The position numbers and the translations under genes are program-made. DNA of 41,656 bases from Neoconidiobolus thromboides FSU 785 (taxonomy: Eukaryota > Fungi > Entomophthoromycota). Shown here piece after piece: positions 23,601-34,984 of the stretch (within the stretch, counting starts at the first letter, position 1; every line of letters starts with the position of its first letter). The DNA lies in NCBI GenBank assembly GCA_025603075.1, contig MU626428.1, positions 1-41,656 of the forward strand. Direction: 5' to 3'. The notes below the pieces were generated by a model. The model did no database searches, had not been told where the DNA came from, and saw only the letters and a program-made list of their open reading frames with translations.

Positions 23601-26600
23601 ATCCATTCAATTAATAACTTCAATTATTCATATAATATTTGAATTTGGTAGTAATGATTTAAAGATTGAATCATTATTAGCTAATTTATTAAATAATCAA
23701 AAGCATGAATTAAAATTTCAAAATATTGGTTCATTAGAAGTTATATTAAATGAGATTTCTAGTGGAATTAAACCACCTATATTGCATTTTGATTCGAATA
23801 TTGAAAAACCATCTTATCTAACATTGGAAAATTTCCAACGTTCCCTTGGTACTGGCAATGGTTATACTCTTTTACTTTGGTTTCAAATTATTCAATTCCC
23901 GGAATCAAATAGTTTGCCTTTATTAAGAATATATGATAATAATAATAGTAATTTAAATTATGAATTATCTTTGAATGAAAATCATTTTATTACTTGTACT
24001 GGTAGTAATAAAGTACCTGTTGTATTTGATACTTCCCCATTAAGAGCTGAAGCTTGGTATCATATTGCTTTAGTACAATCTAAAGGTTTATTGTCAATGT
24101 CATCAAATAATATTAAATTATATATTAATGGTAAGTTAAGTGAAAATAGAAAGCATACATTTGGGTTTGGTACTGATTTGATGAACTCCAATTATACTTT
24201 AATTATTGGAGAAAAAGGAGAAGCAACTGAATTATCTGGAGCAGTATGGAATTTATCTTCATTAAATTTAATAGATGAAGTATTAGATTTACAAGCAATT
24301 GAAATTATATTTGGATTAGGTATTGAATATAATAATACATTTCAAGATTTAAATTTGTTAAATAAAAGTTTATCGGATATGGATTATTACATAACTAAAA
24401 AGAAAGTAATTAATAACAACACAATGACAATTGATACAAAAGCAACGGAATTATCTTCAACAATAAATAATAGTCATTTTAATTTTTCAATATCTGAAGA
24501 TAAAATATTAACAAGTCTAAATCCCAATAATATTATTGATTTTGTTTATTCAGATGTATTTGGTAATGATAATTCAAAAATATTAGCATCCCCAACGTCT
24601 TCTAGATTTGGTATATTAAATTTAAAATATAAGTACATGAATCAAATACATAATAAAAATGATGGATTTGGTTATTTATCAAAGGATTTATTATTTTCTC
24701 CAGGAATTAATTTTAGTCAAGAAATATGGAAATTAGGTGGATGTTCATTATTATTAAAATTAATTGATAATAGTAAAGATGTTAATTCAATTGAAAAAGC
24801 AATATCAATAGCAACTCAAATATTATGTCATAAAAAACAATTTTCAGAAGAAATGTCAAGAATTGGTGGCTATGAAATATTAGGGAATTTAATTAAAAAG
24901 AAAGCCAATTATCTAAGTTTATTAACAATAAGAGCTTTATTAAGTTTAGTCGCTTCAAAAGATGGATTATTTAATCAGTATATGATTAGTAATATAACAG
25001 CCTTTCGATTTTTATTTTTAGATTTCGATATTTGGAGATCCGCGTCAAAGGAAGTACAAGAAGCAATTATTGATTCATTAAAATCATTTATTTTACATAA
25101 TGCTAATACTAAACATAATTTAAAAATAATGATTCAATTAGATTCTGTAAAAAGATTAATATTTTTATTAAGATTCGAACAATTTCAAACTAATTTATTA
25201 GCAAAAATTATTGAATTATTAAAAATATTATTATTAGCTAATTTTACTCAAGATAATGTACGACTATTAGTAGGATTTATTACATCAGTATTAGGCAAAG
25301 AGTTCTATATAAGACCAAATAGTCCAAGAAACTTAATGAGTAATAATAAAAATTTATTTAATGGAGCAGATATTATTGAAGATGTTAGACAAATTGAACC
25401 AAAATATAAATTACAAATGATTGGTAATAAAGTATTAGAAATGTTTCATGACATTTTAAAAGATGAAGCATATTGTGTAGCAATATCTTCTATGATAACA
25501 AGTAAATGGATATTGTTATTATATAATAATGAAAATAATCCTTATTCAATTGTATTAATTACTAGAATATTATCAAGGCTATTTTATGTTAATGGTAATT
25601 CATTTATACAAAAATTTAAATATCAACATGAAGGATTTGCTATATTAAATAGAATTTTACCAAAATGGTGGTTTTTGCCTCAACTTTACCAAGCTTTATT
25701 ATCTATTATATTTTGTATTGATATTAATGATATACCATTAAATTCGAGTTTTGATTTTTTTTCATTAATTTCATTATTAGAATTAGAAACTAAACTAAAT
25801 AAGGAAATGATCTTATTAGATGCCTTATTAATATTTTTTACAGCTATCAAAAATGCTTTGTGTTTTTGTATACAAAAAACAGGGGATTCATATATTAGCA
25901 AAAGAAGTTATCGACGACCAATGACCTCACTATCCACTTCCTTTCCAGAAAAAATTAATGAAAACTCATATTTAGTTAACAATAACAATAATAATATTGA
26001 TTCAATCGAAGATAAAAAAGAGTTACAAGAAAGAGTAGATAAAACATCTAAAATGGTACAAACATTAATGCAATTTGTTACGGAAGTTTATCATAATTCC
26101 AAATCATTTCGATTATTATGTGCTCAAAAAATGATATCAGAAATATTAGGAGAAACTATGGTTAAATTTTCAGAACGATTTTCACAAGGGATGAATGATT
26201 CTGTTGATTATTTTGATTATAGTTTACCAGATTCAATACTGAAATTAGATAATTTAAATAATAATAAATCACCTTTAAGCTCCGACGATATTAAATTGAA
26301 AAATAAAATTGGCCCAATAAAAATGAATAAACATCGAAGAGCTTTAACAATGCCAGAGAATGAACTATCATCAAAAGAAGAACCTGAAATTTTGATTAAG
26401 AATGAAGCTATCGAAACCTATATTGAATTTATTATGGTGATTTCTGCAACTTCTGTTATTGATCCTGCCAAGTCACATTTATTGGAAATTGAATCTTTTT
26501 TAAAGGTAAATTAAGATTCAATAATAATAATAGGTATCATAATAATATATTAACATAAAATAATTAATTAGGTAGCAATGCATGGTACAATGAAAGAATA

Positions 26601-29600
26601 CATAAGATATGCCAATTATTTATTAAGTAACATAATAAGACATTTAAAGAATGCCATACAATTAGGACCATTTATATTATCAGATCCAAAAACATTAACT
26701 GGAATATCTAAATTATCACAATTATGTGTAGATTTTTGTTATCAAGGATTATTTACCTCAGGTCGTACATTAATATTTGACTTTATTGTAGTTATATTGG
26801 ATAAACATCAATTACAAACGGTGAATTACAATGATAACAATATAAAAGTATTTATTAATACAATGTTAATATTATTAAATAAATCAATATTATATTGTTT
26901 TAAAGAAGCAACCAATAATCCACCTGATTTAAGATTTGCTGTTCAATTTTTAAAAAGTTTTATGGTACAACATAGCCTTATATTTGATAGTAAAAATAAT
27001 GATATACTATTTTGGAAACAGCTATGTTATTATTTATTTTTATTATTAAAATATAATAATCGAAATATAAAAATAAATACTTTCAATGTATGGAAGTTTC
27101 TAGTATTAATGAAAAAAGAAGAAATGTCATTGATATTTAAAGTTAAAGATACTTATTCTCAATCTATTTTAGAATCCTTTTTAGAAGTATTAGAAATGGA
27201 TTTAGAATCATTTTCATCATGGATTGAATCTAATATGGAACACTTTGAACCGACATTTAATGAAGTAGTTAAAAAAGGATGGGAAGAAATTTATATTAAA
27301 GAAGAAATAATAATTCAAGAAGCGAATAAATCATTTGTAGAAAGATTAAATTTACGTCATCAACAATTTAAATTAGATAAAGAAAATGAAATTCGACAAT
27401 ATCAATTAGCTTTATCTAATTTAATGTCTTGGTATAAAAATTTACAAGATTTAGAAAATGATTGCTATTCTAGATTATTACATGATAAAGCCGATTCCAA
27501 TAGTTTAATTTCTACTAATTGGAAAAAAATGATTGCATTATCTTCTTATTATAAAGAAAATGATAGATCAAATTCAAGATGGAAATTAGATTTAACTGAA
27601 GGTAAATAATAGTATAACATAATAATAAAATATTTATTTATTAAATTAATTTATTGTTTCTTAGGCCCATATCGTATTCGTAGAAGACTTAAGCCTAATC
27701 GACATACTTTTAATACAACATCAACAACAATTAATAAATCAAAAATAAGATCCATGTCTATATCATCTATTAAAGCCTCCGAAACATTTAATTCTAAAAA
27801 TGTAGAAAGTATTAAATTTCGAACATATGAAGAAGAAATTCGAGAAAAATTAGATAATAATGAAATTGTATTAGAAAATGAAATTGATAATGAATCTAAA
27901 GTTCATCGAGTTTTAAGATATCTTGAACCAAATGATGAAATCGTTGAAGTTTATAATATTGGCAGAGTAGCTGGCTTAGATGTTGCTGATGCTTTATTAG
28001 TGTTTTGTAGGGTTAAAATTTATGTCATTGATGGTTATTTTTTATGTAAAGATGGTAATATTGTGGAAACTTCAGAAATACCAGAAGATGTAAATTCAAT
28101 TTTATTTATTTTATAAATATTTTTATTTTTTATTTTAACTTAGGAAAGAGATGTTTATTTACAGTTATTAACAGCTGCTTCTGGTAAACCTTTAAAGGAC
28201 CCCAAACAATCAGATCATTTATGTAGAAAATGGTAAATTTGTTTATATCTAAATATTGTTAATTTAGGTTATTAACTTTTTTATAAAGTGCTTATACTGA
28301 TTTAAAAGAAGTACATAAACGTAAATTTTTATTTAGAGATGCAGCTATTGAAATATTTTTTGAAGATGGACGTAATTTATTAATAACGAGTATATTAAAT
28401 CAAAGAGATTTAATATATTATAAATTCACTCATAAATTAGCAATACCAAGATATCCTCATGAATCTGTAGCTGGTACCCCAGCAGAAGTAGAAACAGGAT
28501 CAGCTTTAGGATCTAAACTATCTAATATTATATTTGGTAGTTCCTCTTTAACTGAATTATCACTAAGGTGGTGTAATAGAGAAATTACTAATTTTGAATA
28601 TTTAATGCATTTAAATACATTAGCAGGTAGAAGTTTTAACGATTTAACTCAATATCCTGTATTTCCATGGATATTATCAGATTACTCATCAGATGAATTG
28701 GATTTAAGTAATACAGGGGTATTTAGAGATTTATCTAAACCAATGGGAGCTCAATCTGATTCAAGAGCAAGAGAATTTAAGACTAGATTTGTTAATTTTA
28801 TAGATGCAGATGATTCAACCCCTCCATTTCACTATGGTACTCATTATTCATCAGCTATGATTGTTTGTTGGTATTTAATAAGATTAGAACCATTTACATC
28901 TCATCATTTAAAAATACAAGGTGGTAATTTCGACCACCCTAATCGTTTATTTTTTTCAATTAAAGAAGCTTGGTTATCAGCTGCATTTCATAATACAACT
29001 GATGTAAGAGAATTAATACCTGAATTCTTTTATTTACCTGAATTTTTAATAAATTATAATAATTATAATTTTGGTAAAAGACAAGAATCTGGTGAATCAA
29101 TAGATAATATAACTTTACCTCCTTGGGCTAAAAACGATCCTGAGTTATTTATACGTAAACATAGAGAAGCATTGGAATGTGATTATGTTAGTGAAAATTT
29201 ACATCATTGGGTGGATTTAATTTTTGGTTATAAACAACAAGGACCAGCAGCAATTGAAGCTTTAAATGTATTTCATCATTTATCTTATGAAGATGCTGTA
29301 GATTTAGATTCTATTAATGATCCAATAGAAAAAGCAGCTACAATTGGAATTATTCATAATTTTGGACAAACACCAAGACAATTATTCAAAAAACCACATC
29401 TACAAAGAAACTTAAAAATTGAGAAATATCGTTTTAAATTAAGAAAACATCCATATCATTTAATACAGTCTTATTCTCCAATACTGGAAGTGGGTAATGC
29501 AGTGAATGATGTAATTCAGGCCAATGGAAAGCTAATGGCTTTAGGAGGTAATCGTATATTTATTCCTAGATTAGGGCAAAGGCATATTGAATGGGGATTA

Positions 29601-30602
29601 TCAGATAACTCAATTAGATTATTTCAAACGGAACCTAAAAAATTATTAAGCGTTTATGAAGGATGTCATTCAAATATTATTACTATTATTGAGCCTTTTG
29701 ATGAAACAACAATAATTACTGGTGGTGATGATGGTTTAGTTAAAATTTGGAATATTCAGTTGATCAAAAATTATCCAGAACTTAATTTAAAAACTATATT
29801 TAGAGGTGCAGGATCTGAAATTAAGGTAATAAAAGCATGTAAAGCATTTGGTATAGTAGTTATTTCATCTAATGAAAATGAAATAACAATATGGGATATG
29901 AATCGATTAAAATTTATACGTAAATTAAATAATGCTAATGCTAATATTCATACATTGGCTATTGATCGATCCACTGGTAATATTGTTGCTTGTTCTGATT
30001 TAGCAATTATTATTTGGAGTATTAATGGAGAATTATTGGCTAAGTTAACATTACCTTCTAATTCAGTAAAAACTACATCCATATTATATATTGAAAATAA
30101 GAGTGGGGAATACTATATCAACGATTTACTAATTACAGGCCATCAAAAAGGAATTATTAAATTTTGGTCTTTAGAATCTAAAGTTAATAAAAATAAACAA
30201 GATATTAATTTAATAGAAGAAGAATGTAACTGGCAATTAACTTTATTATCTAGTTTAAATGAAACTTCAGATATAAGTTATCATCCGTTAAATGATATAG
30301 TTAAAATATCCGTTTCTGTCTCAAGACAAGCTATTTATACAGGTAATCGTCAAGGTTCGGTTTATTCTTGGCAATTTCCAGATTCAACTTCCGAATTACA
30401 CCGAGTTAGAGATATAGCTACTATGAATCATTGCTGTGCTTGTCAACAAGGATTCAATAATAATGATAAAAAAGTATATTGTAATCCTTGTGGTGGACTT
30501 ATTTGTCAACAATGTGTTCGAGATTCACCATTTAGAAATGGTGAGAAATCCAATTTATTTTTATGTCAAAAATGTTTGGAAAGATTTGATAGTAATTCTT
30601 AA
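20688..30602 (+). CDS. BPH1: BEACH-domain protein (WDFY3/ALFY/Bph1/LvsA type): ARM-like, ConA-like, PH-BEACH, WD40 and a C-terminal FYVE-like finger; ~3184 aa, 7 exons
   Basis: join(20688..21430,21481..22219,22291..26505,26572..27601,27665..28089,28144..28232,28289..30602) = 9555 nt, frame preserved across six 50-71 nt introns. Motifs: WKLDLTEGPYRIRRRL, PH VHKRKFLFRDAAIEIFFEDG, BEACH NTLAGRSFNDLTQYPVFPWIL...HYGTHYSS...DVRELIPEFFYLPEFL...WVDLIFGYKQQG...FGQTPRQLF, WD repeats and four CxxC pairs at the C-terminus. Confidence 0.93.
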
Positions 30603-30836
30603 TAATCAACGAGTTAATAATGAGGAGTTTTTTAATAAAGATTAGAATCTAATTTTATGTCAAATATTTCGCATAGCTTGGGTTAGTTTTTGTTTTAGTA
30701 ATTGTTATGTATTATTGTTATAAATTCTACTAATCATAAATTTCTTAATTTTTTAAATTTTTTTAATTCATCATCAATAAAAAATTCGACTAAATTTCCA
30801 AGAACAAAGGATTTTGAATTTCATTTTTTAATCCAA

Positions 30837-32289
30837 ATGTCCAAACAAACATATGGAGAAGCTTCAACAATTCATGGTCAAGATCCTCAAAGTTTAATAG
30901 AAACTATCTTAAGATCACGAATTTATGAATCTTTATATTGGAAAGAATATTGCCATGGGTTAAATGGTAAGTTTAAATTTCCTATCCTTCCCTATTTAAT
31001 TTGCTTTAATTTAATTTTTAATTTTTTTATTCTGTCATAGCGGAAACCTTGGTGGAAAGAGCCGTTGAGTTACAAACAATTGGAGGCCATTATGGAAATC
31101 AGCGACCTACGGAGTTTATTTGTTTATTATTAAAGTTACTACAAATTCAACCTGAAAAAGAGATTGTTTATGAGTTAATTAACAATGATGATTTTAAGTA
31201 AGTTAAATCATTTTAACTTTTTGTTGAAATATCAAATTATTAAAAATAGTAAACTGATAAAACTACCTATTAAAATATTGGACTAATTACTAATAATGGA
31301 TGACGCTAGGTATTTAAGGGCATTAGCTGCTTTTTATTTAAGGTTAACTGGAAACTCCATAGAGATTTATACTTATTTAGAACCTTTATTAACCGATTAT
31401 CGAAAATTGAGAAGAAAATTAAGGAGTAAGTATAAATCTTATTTTCGATTCAACTTTTATCCCTAATGATGAATCATCAATAACTAATTACTAATCCTTT
31501 TACTAATCAGCTGGTTCTTTCCAATTAACTTATATTGATGAATTCATTGATGAATTACTTCATTCGGAAAGAGTATGTGATATCATTTTACCTCCATTAA
31601 TGAAACGCCATATATTAGAAGAAAGTGATGAGTTACCACCTTATATTTCTTTATTGGAAGATGAATTGATGAAAGAAGAGGATAAAACTGAAAGAGAAGG
31701 AGAAGGTAAAGGGGCGACGGGAGTTGAGGCTGGCTTATCGGACTCAAGTGATTCTGAGGGTGAGGAGTTAAAAAAGAAAAAGTTTGAGGTTTATTCAGAT
31801 GAAGAGGAGGAGGAAACAGTAGATCCAAAGAAAGTGTTTGAGGTTTATTCTGAGGATGAAAAAGAAGCGGAAACAAAGTTAGTCATCGATGATAAAGAAT
31901 CAGATAAAAACTCAATTAAAGATGATACAAGTGGATCAAAAAGAGGTTTTAGGTCAAGGTCAAGCAGTAGTAGTTCTGAAAGAGGCAGACATTATTCAAA
32001 GTCAAGATCAAGTAGCCAAAGTTTAAAAAGGAGAAATCGATATTCAAGATCAAGATCGAGAAGTAGAGATTCTAGAAGATCGAAAAGTTATTCTAGATCA
32101 AGGTCAAGATCTAGACATAAAAGTCGTAGAAGTAGAGAGGAAAGAAGTTATTCCCGTTCATCTAGAAGAGATAGAGATGATAAAAGATATTATAGACATA
32201 GGTCCTATTCTCGTTCACCCAGAAGAGGTCAAGACAATATGAGCTATAGACGTAATGATCAATATGACTCTAGACGATATAGAAGATAA
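30837..32289 (+). CDS. PRP38: Pre-mRNA splicing factor Prp38 (PRPF38A type) with acidic linker and RS-rich tail, ~393 aa, 4 exons
   Basis: join(30837..30966,31041..31197,31310..31425,31511..32289). Motifs IHGQDPQSLIETILRSRIYESLYWKEYCHGLNAETLVERA, FICLLLKLLQIQP, FKYLRALAAFYLRL, YLEPLLTDYRKLR, DEFIDELLHSERVCDIILP; C-terminal (RS)n. Confidence 0.95.
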
Positions 32290-32401
32290 ATTAGGATGGG
32301 TAATTTTTGAGAGGCGAGGGCTAGTTTTTGATATGGAAATAAATCAATTCATGTCCTAATGAAAATTCATGTTTTTTAAATTTTCAGTATGTTTATTTTT
32401 A

Positions 32402-33208
32402 CTAATTAAAATAGTTGGAGGATATAGTTAAACCCAAAGGTGGAGCTATTAAACTTAACCAAGAAGCAATATAAGTTGTTAAGGTGACTTTTTTTTCATC
32501 TAGGATAGAAAGCAAATCTTTGGTATGACATGGGTGGATATAAAAATAAGGGATATTGAGGATAGGATGGTCCTAAACGAAATATTGTGTTTTTTTATAG
32601 AGATAAACAAATGAGTTTTTTAATATTCTATTAAAAAATGGAAATTACTTGTTGACTTAAACCACCTTGGAATGAAGCTAATTTTATTTTTTCTAAATGA
32701 TCGTGAGGAGTCAAATGGAGATATAATTCCGATAAAGTCAATGGTTGACTGGCTGTTATTTAGAAAATTTTATTACTTCTTTTTTACGAATAATGGTACA
32801 TAACAGTTCAATTACCTTGTGAGTAAGCTTTAAAATAAAATATAGGTACTTGATAACTTGTAGAATATAAGATATGATAATCAAATCTTAACCAAGGCTA
32901 AGTGGAATTGATTAAAACAAATAAGAAGAATTTATAAATTTACTTCGTTCTCACTTTCTTTTGTTTCCATTATAACATTTCTTTTTATTAAATAATCTAT
33001 CTTTCGATCTGATTCTTTCTAATAATCAGTTTAGTAGAACTTGATACTTTGTTTTTATAACATTATTTACACTAGTCAAATCTTTTATATATTCCCAATC
33101 TTCACCTAAAGTTTGGGATTTATTGTAAAATTCTTGAATACTGAGATTGAACTCTTTTCTTGTTAATATAGGCCAACGGAAAATACTCAAATTAAATAAG
33201 TCAATCAT
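32402..33208 (-). CDS. ATG10: Autophagy E2-like conjugating enzyme Atg10, ~189 aa, 5 exons
   Basis: complement(join(32402..32572,32649..32752,32816..32897,32944..33018,33071..33208)) = 570 nt with introns of 52, 46, 63 and 76 nt. The product has LTRKEF...[45 protein letters not shown] (catalytic HPC) and YIASWLSLIAPPLGL, all Atg10 hallmarks. Confidence 0.92.
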
Positions 33209-33494
33209 TACAATGTATATTTCAAAAGAGATTACTTATTGACCATTAAGAACTAGCTATTGACGTTGGAAGTTTAATTAGGTTGAACAAAAGAATTTTA
33301 GAGTTTTGACATTTAGATTTTTGATAATGATGGTAGTGAGTTTTTTTGCAAGTTTAAATTAAATTTATCATAAAAATATTAAATTTTAAAATTAATTGAT
33401 TAAATTAATGAAAAAATCTTTCAAAAAGTTTAAAGCTTAAAGAACAAAAAGCCAAAATAAATAATAGTTGATTTTCTAAATGATTTTATTATAT

Positions 33495-33593
33495 AAAGAT
33501 GTTTTTTTTGGCTTCATTACTTTTTTCATCTTTTAAGCGCTACTTGAATGGAAAAATTGTTAATAGAATTCTTGAATACAAAAATAGATCCTC
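33495..33593 (-). mobile_element. MITE copy 8
   Basis: AAAGATGTTTTTTTTGGCTTCATTAC...AAAATAGATCCTC; flanks ATAT/ATAT; ~290 bp upstream of the ATG10 start. Confidence 0.86.
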
Positions 33594-34349
33594 ATATATA
33601 TTATAAACAAAACATACAAAGTTTTATATTGATCAAATTACTTATTTTTTAAAAATCATTTATATAATTGTTACATTTTATTAAATTAAAAACAATATTA
33701 AAGATACTCGGATAGAAAATTACAAAAATATAAGTTTTCTATATAATAATTAACTGCTTTAATAAATTAAAAAATAATAATGTTAGTAATAAACTATGTA
33801 ATAAAATAGACTATATTAAAATTAATTTATTTTCAGCTTAAAAGTTATTAAACATATACATGATTAAAAAACTTTAAAAAAATAATGTAAAATTCAATAT
33901 TTCAAGTTTGACTGCTTTTATATTAATTACAAATTAGCTGAAAATCAAAGAGAAAAGCTTATAGTAATTTATTAAAAGTATGTAAAACATTTAAAAAAGT
34001 CATTTAATAAAATTTGAACTTATATTAATAATAATAACAGTAGAAACATAAATAAATAAACACATATGTTAAAATATTATTTAATATAGTTAAAAAAATA
34101 AATTAAATAAAAATCACAAGTTTTAATAAAAACAAAATACAATAATTAATTAAACAATTGAAATATAAACTATAAAGTTAGCTTTTATAATTTATACTAT
34201 TTTTCTAGACTATTAAAAGCCATTGAAAGTTTAAATTAATTTGTACAAGCAGTACTATTCTATTTAAAATCTTTACTTAATAAAAAAATTCTGGAAACAA
34301 TAATTTTTATACTTACAATAAGTTTAAATTATAAGCTAATAATGGATAT

Positions 34350-34446
34350 GAGGATGTATTTTTTCGTTTAAGAATTTTACTAAAAAATTTTCCACTCAAA
34401 TAGCGCTTAAAAGATGAAAAAGTAATGGAATCAAAAAAACATCCCC
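34350..34446 (+). mobile_element. MITE copy 9
   Basis: GAGGATGTATTTTTTCG...AAAAAAACATCCCC; flanks ATAT/ATAT. Confidence 0.9.
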
Positions 34447-34489
34447 ATATTTTAATTTGGAAAATATTTATTTATCTTATGTTTAATTA

Positions 34490-34535
34490 TTTGATGTTTT
34501 TTCTATAAAATTATTAAACACAAAAACATATCCCC
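34490..34535 (-). mobile_element. Internally deleted/truncated MITE copy (~46 bp)
   Basis: GATGTTTTTT fused to TAAAATTATTAAACACAAAAACATATCCCC, i.e. remnants of both ends with the middle missing; no TSD match. Confidence 0.55.
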
Positions 34536-34633
34536 AAATGTTTTATTTTTATTTCATGAATTACTTGAATTTTATTTTCTTAAGCTTAGGTTTTTAATTT
34601 CTAGGTTTATGTATAATAAAATCAACACTATAT

Positions 34634-34731
34634 GAGACTGTTTTTTTTGGTTTCATTATTTTTCCATTTTTTAAGTGCTATTTGAGTGGAAAAATTGTTA
34701 GTAAAATTGTTAAGCAAAAAAATACATTCCC
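34634..34731 (-). mobile_element. MITE copy 10
   Basis: GAGACTGTTTTTTTTGG...AAAAAAATACATTCCC; flanks ATAT/ATAT. Confidence 0.9.
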
Positions 34732-34824
34732 ATATGCTTTTTGTAATAATTTATTTATAAACTTTTGTAAATTTTCCTTGTTTTTTGACTTTATATTACT
34801 TTGGTACTTTTATTTTAAACATAT

Positions 34825-34922
34825 GGGGATGTATTTTTTTGCTTAACAATTTTACTAACAATTTTTCCACTCAAATAGCGCCTAAAAGATGGAAAAAACA
34901 ATGAAGCCAAAAAAACACCCTC
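34825..34922 (+). mobile_element. MITE copy 11 (close to consensus)
   Basis: GGGGATGTATTTTTTTG...AAAAAAACACCCTC; flanks ATAT/ATAT. Confidence 0.9.
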
Positions 34923-34984
34923 ATATTGTTTTAAATTAATAAAATCTGAAGCTTTATAGCTTTTAAACTTTGAAAACAGTAATT

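Noticed and set aside
26506-26571. Internal TAG|GTATCA in BEACH intron 3 (possible recursive splice point)
   Set aside because: It would split the intron into 28 + 38 nt pieces, below the shortest intron seen here (41 nt).
32300-32330. AATTTTTG Sm-site-like motif followed by a G-rich stretch
   Set aside because: It lies 13 nt after the PRP38 stop in the shared 3' UTR gap, and there is no snRNA body upstream.
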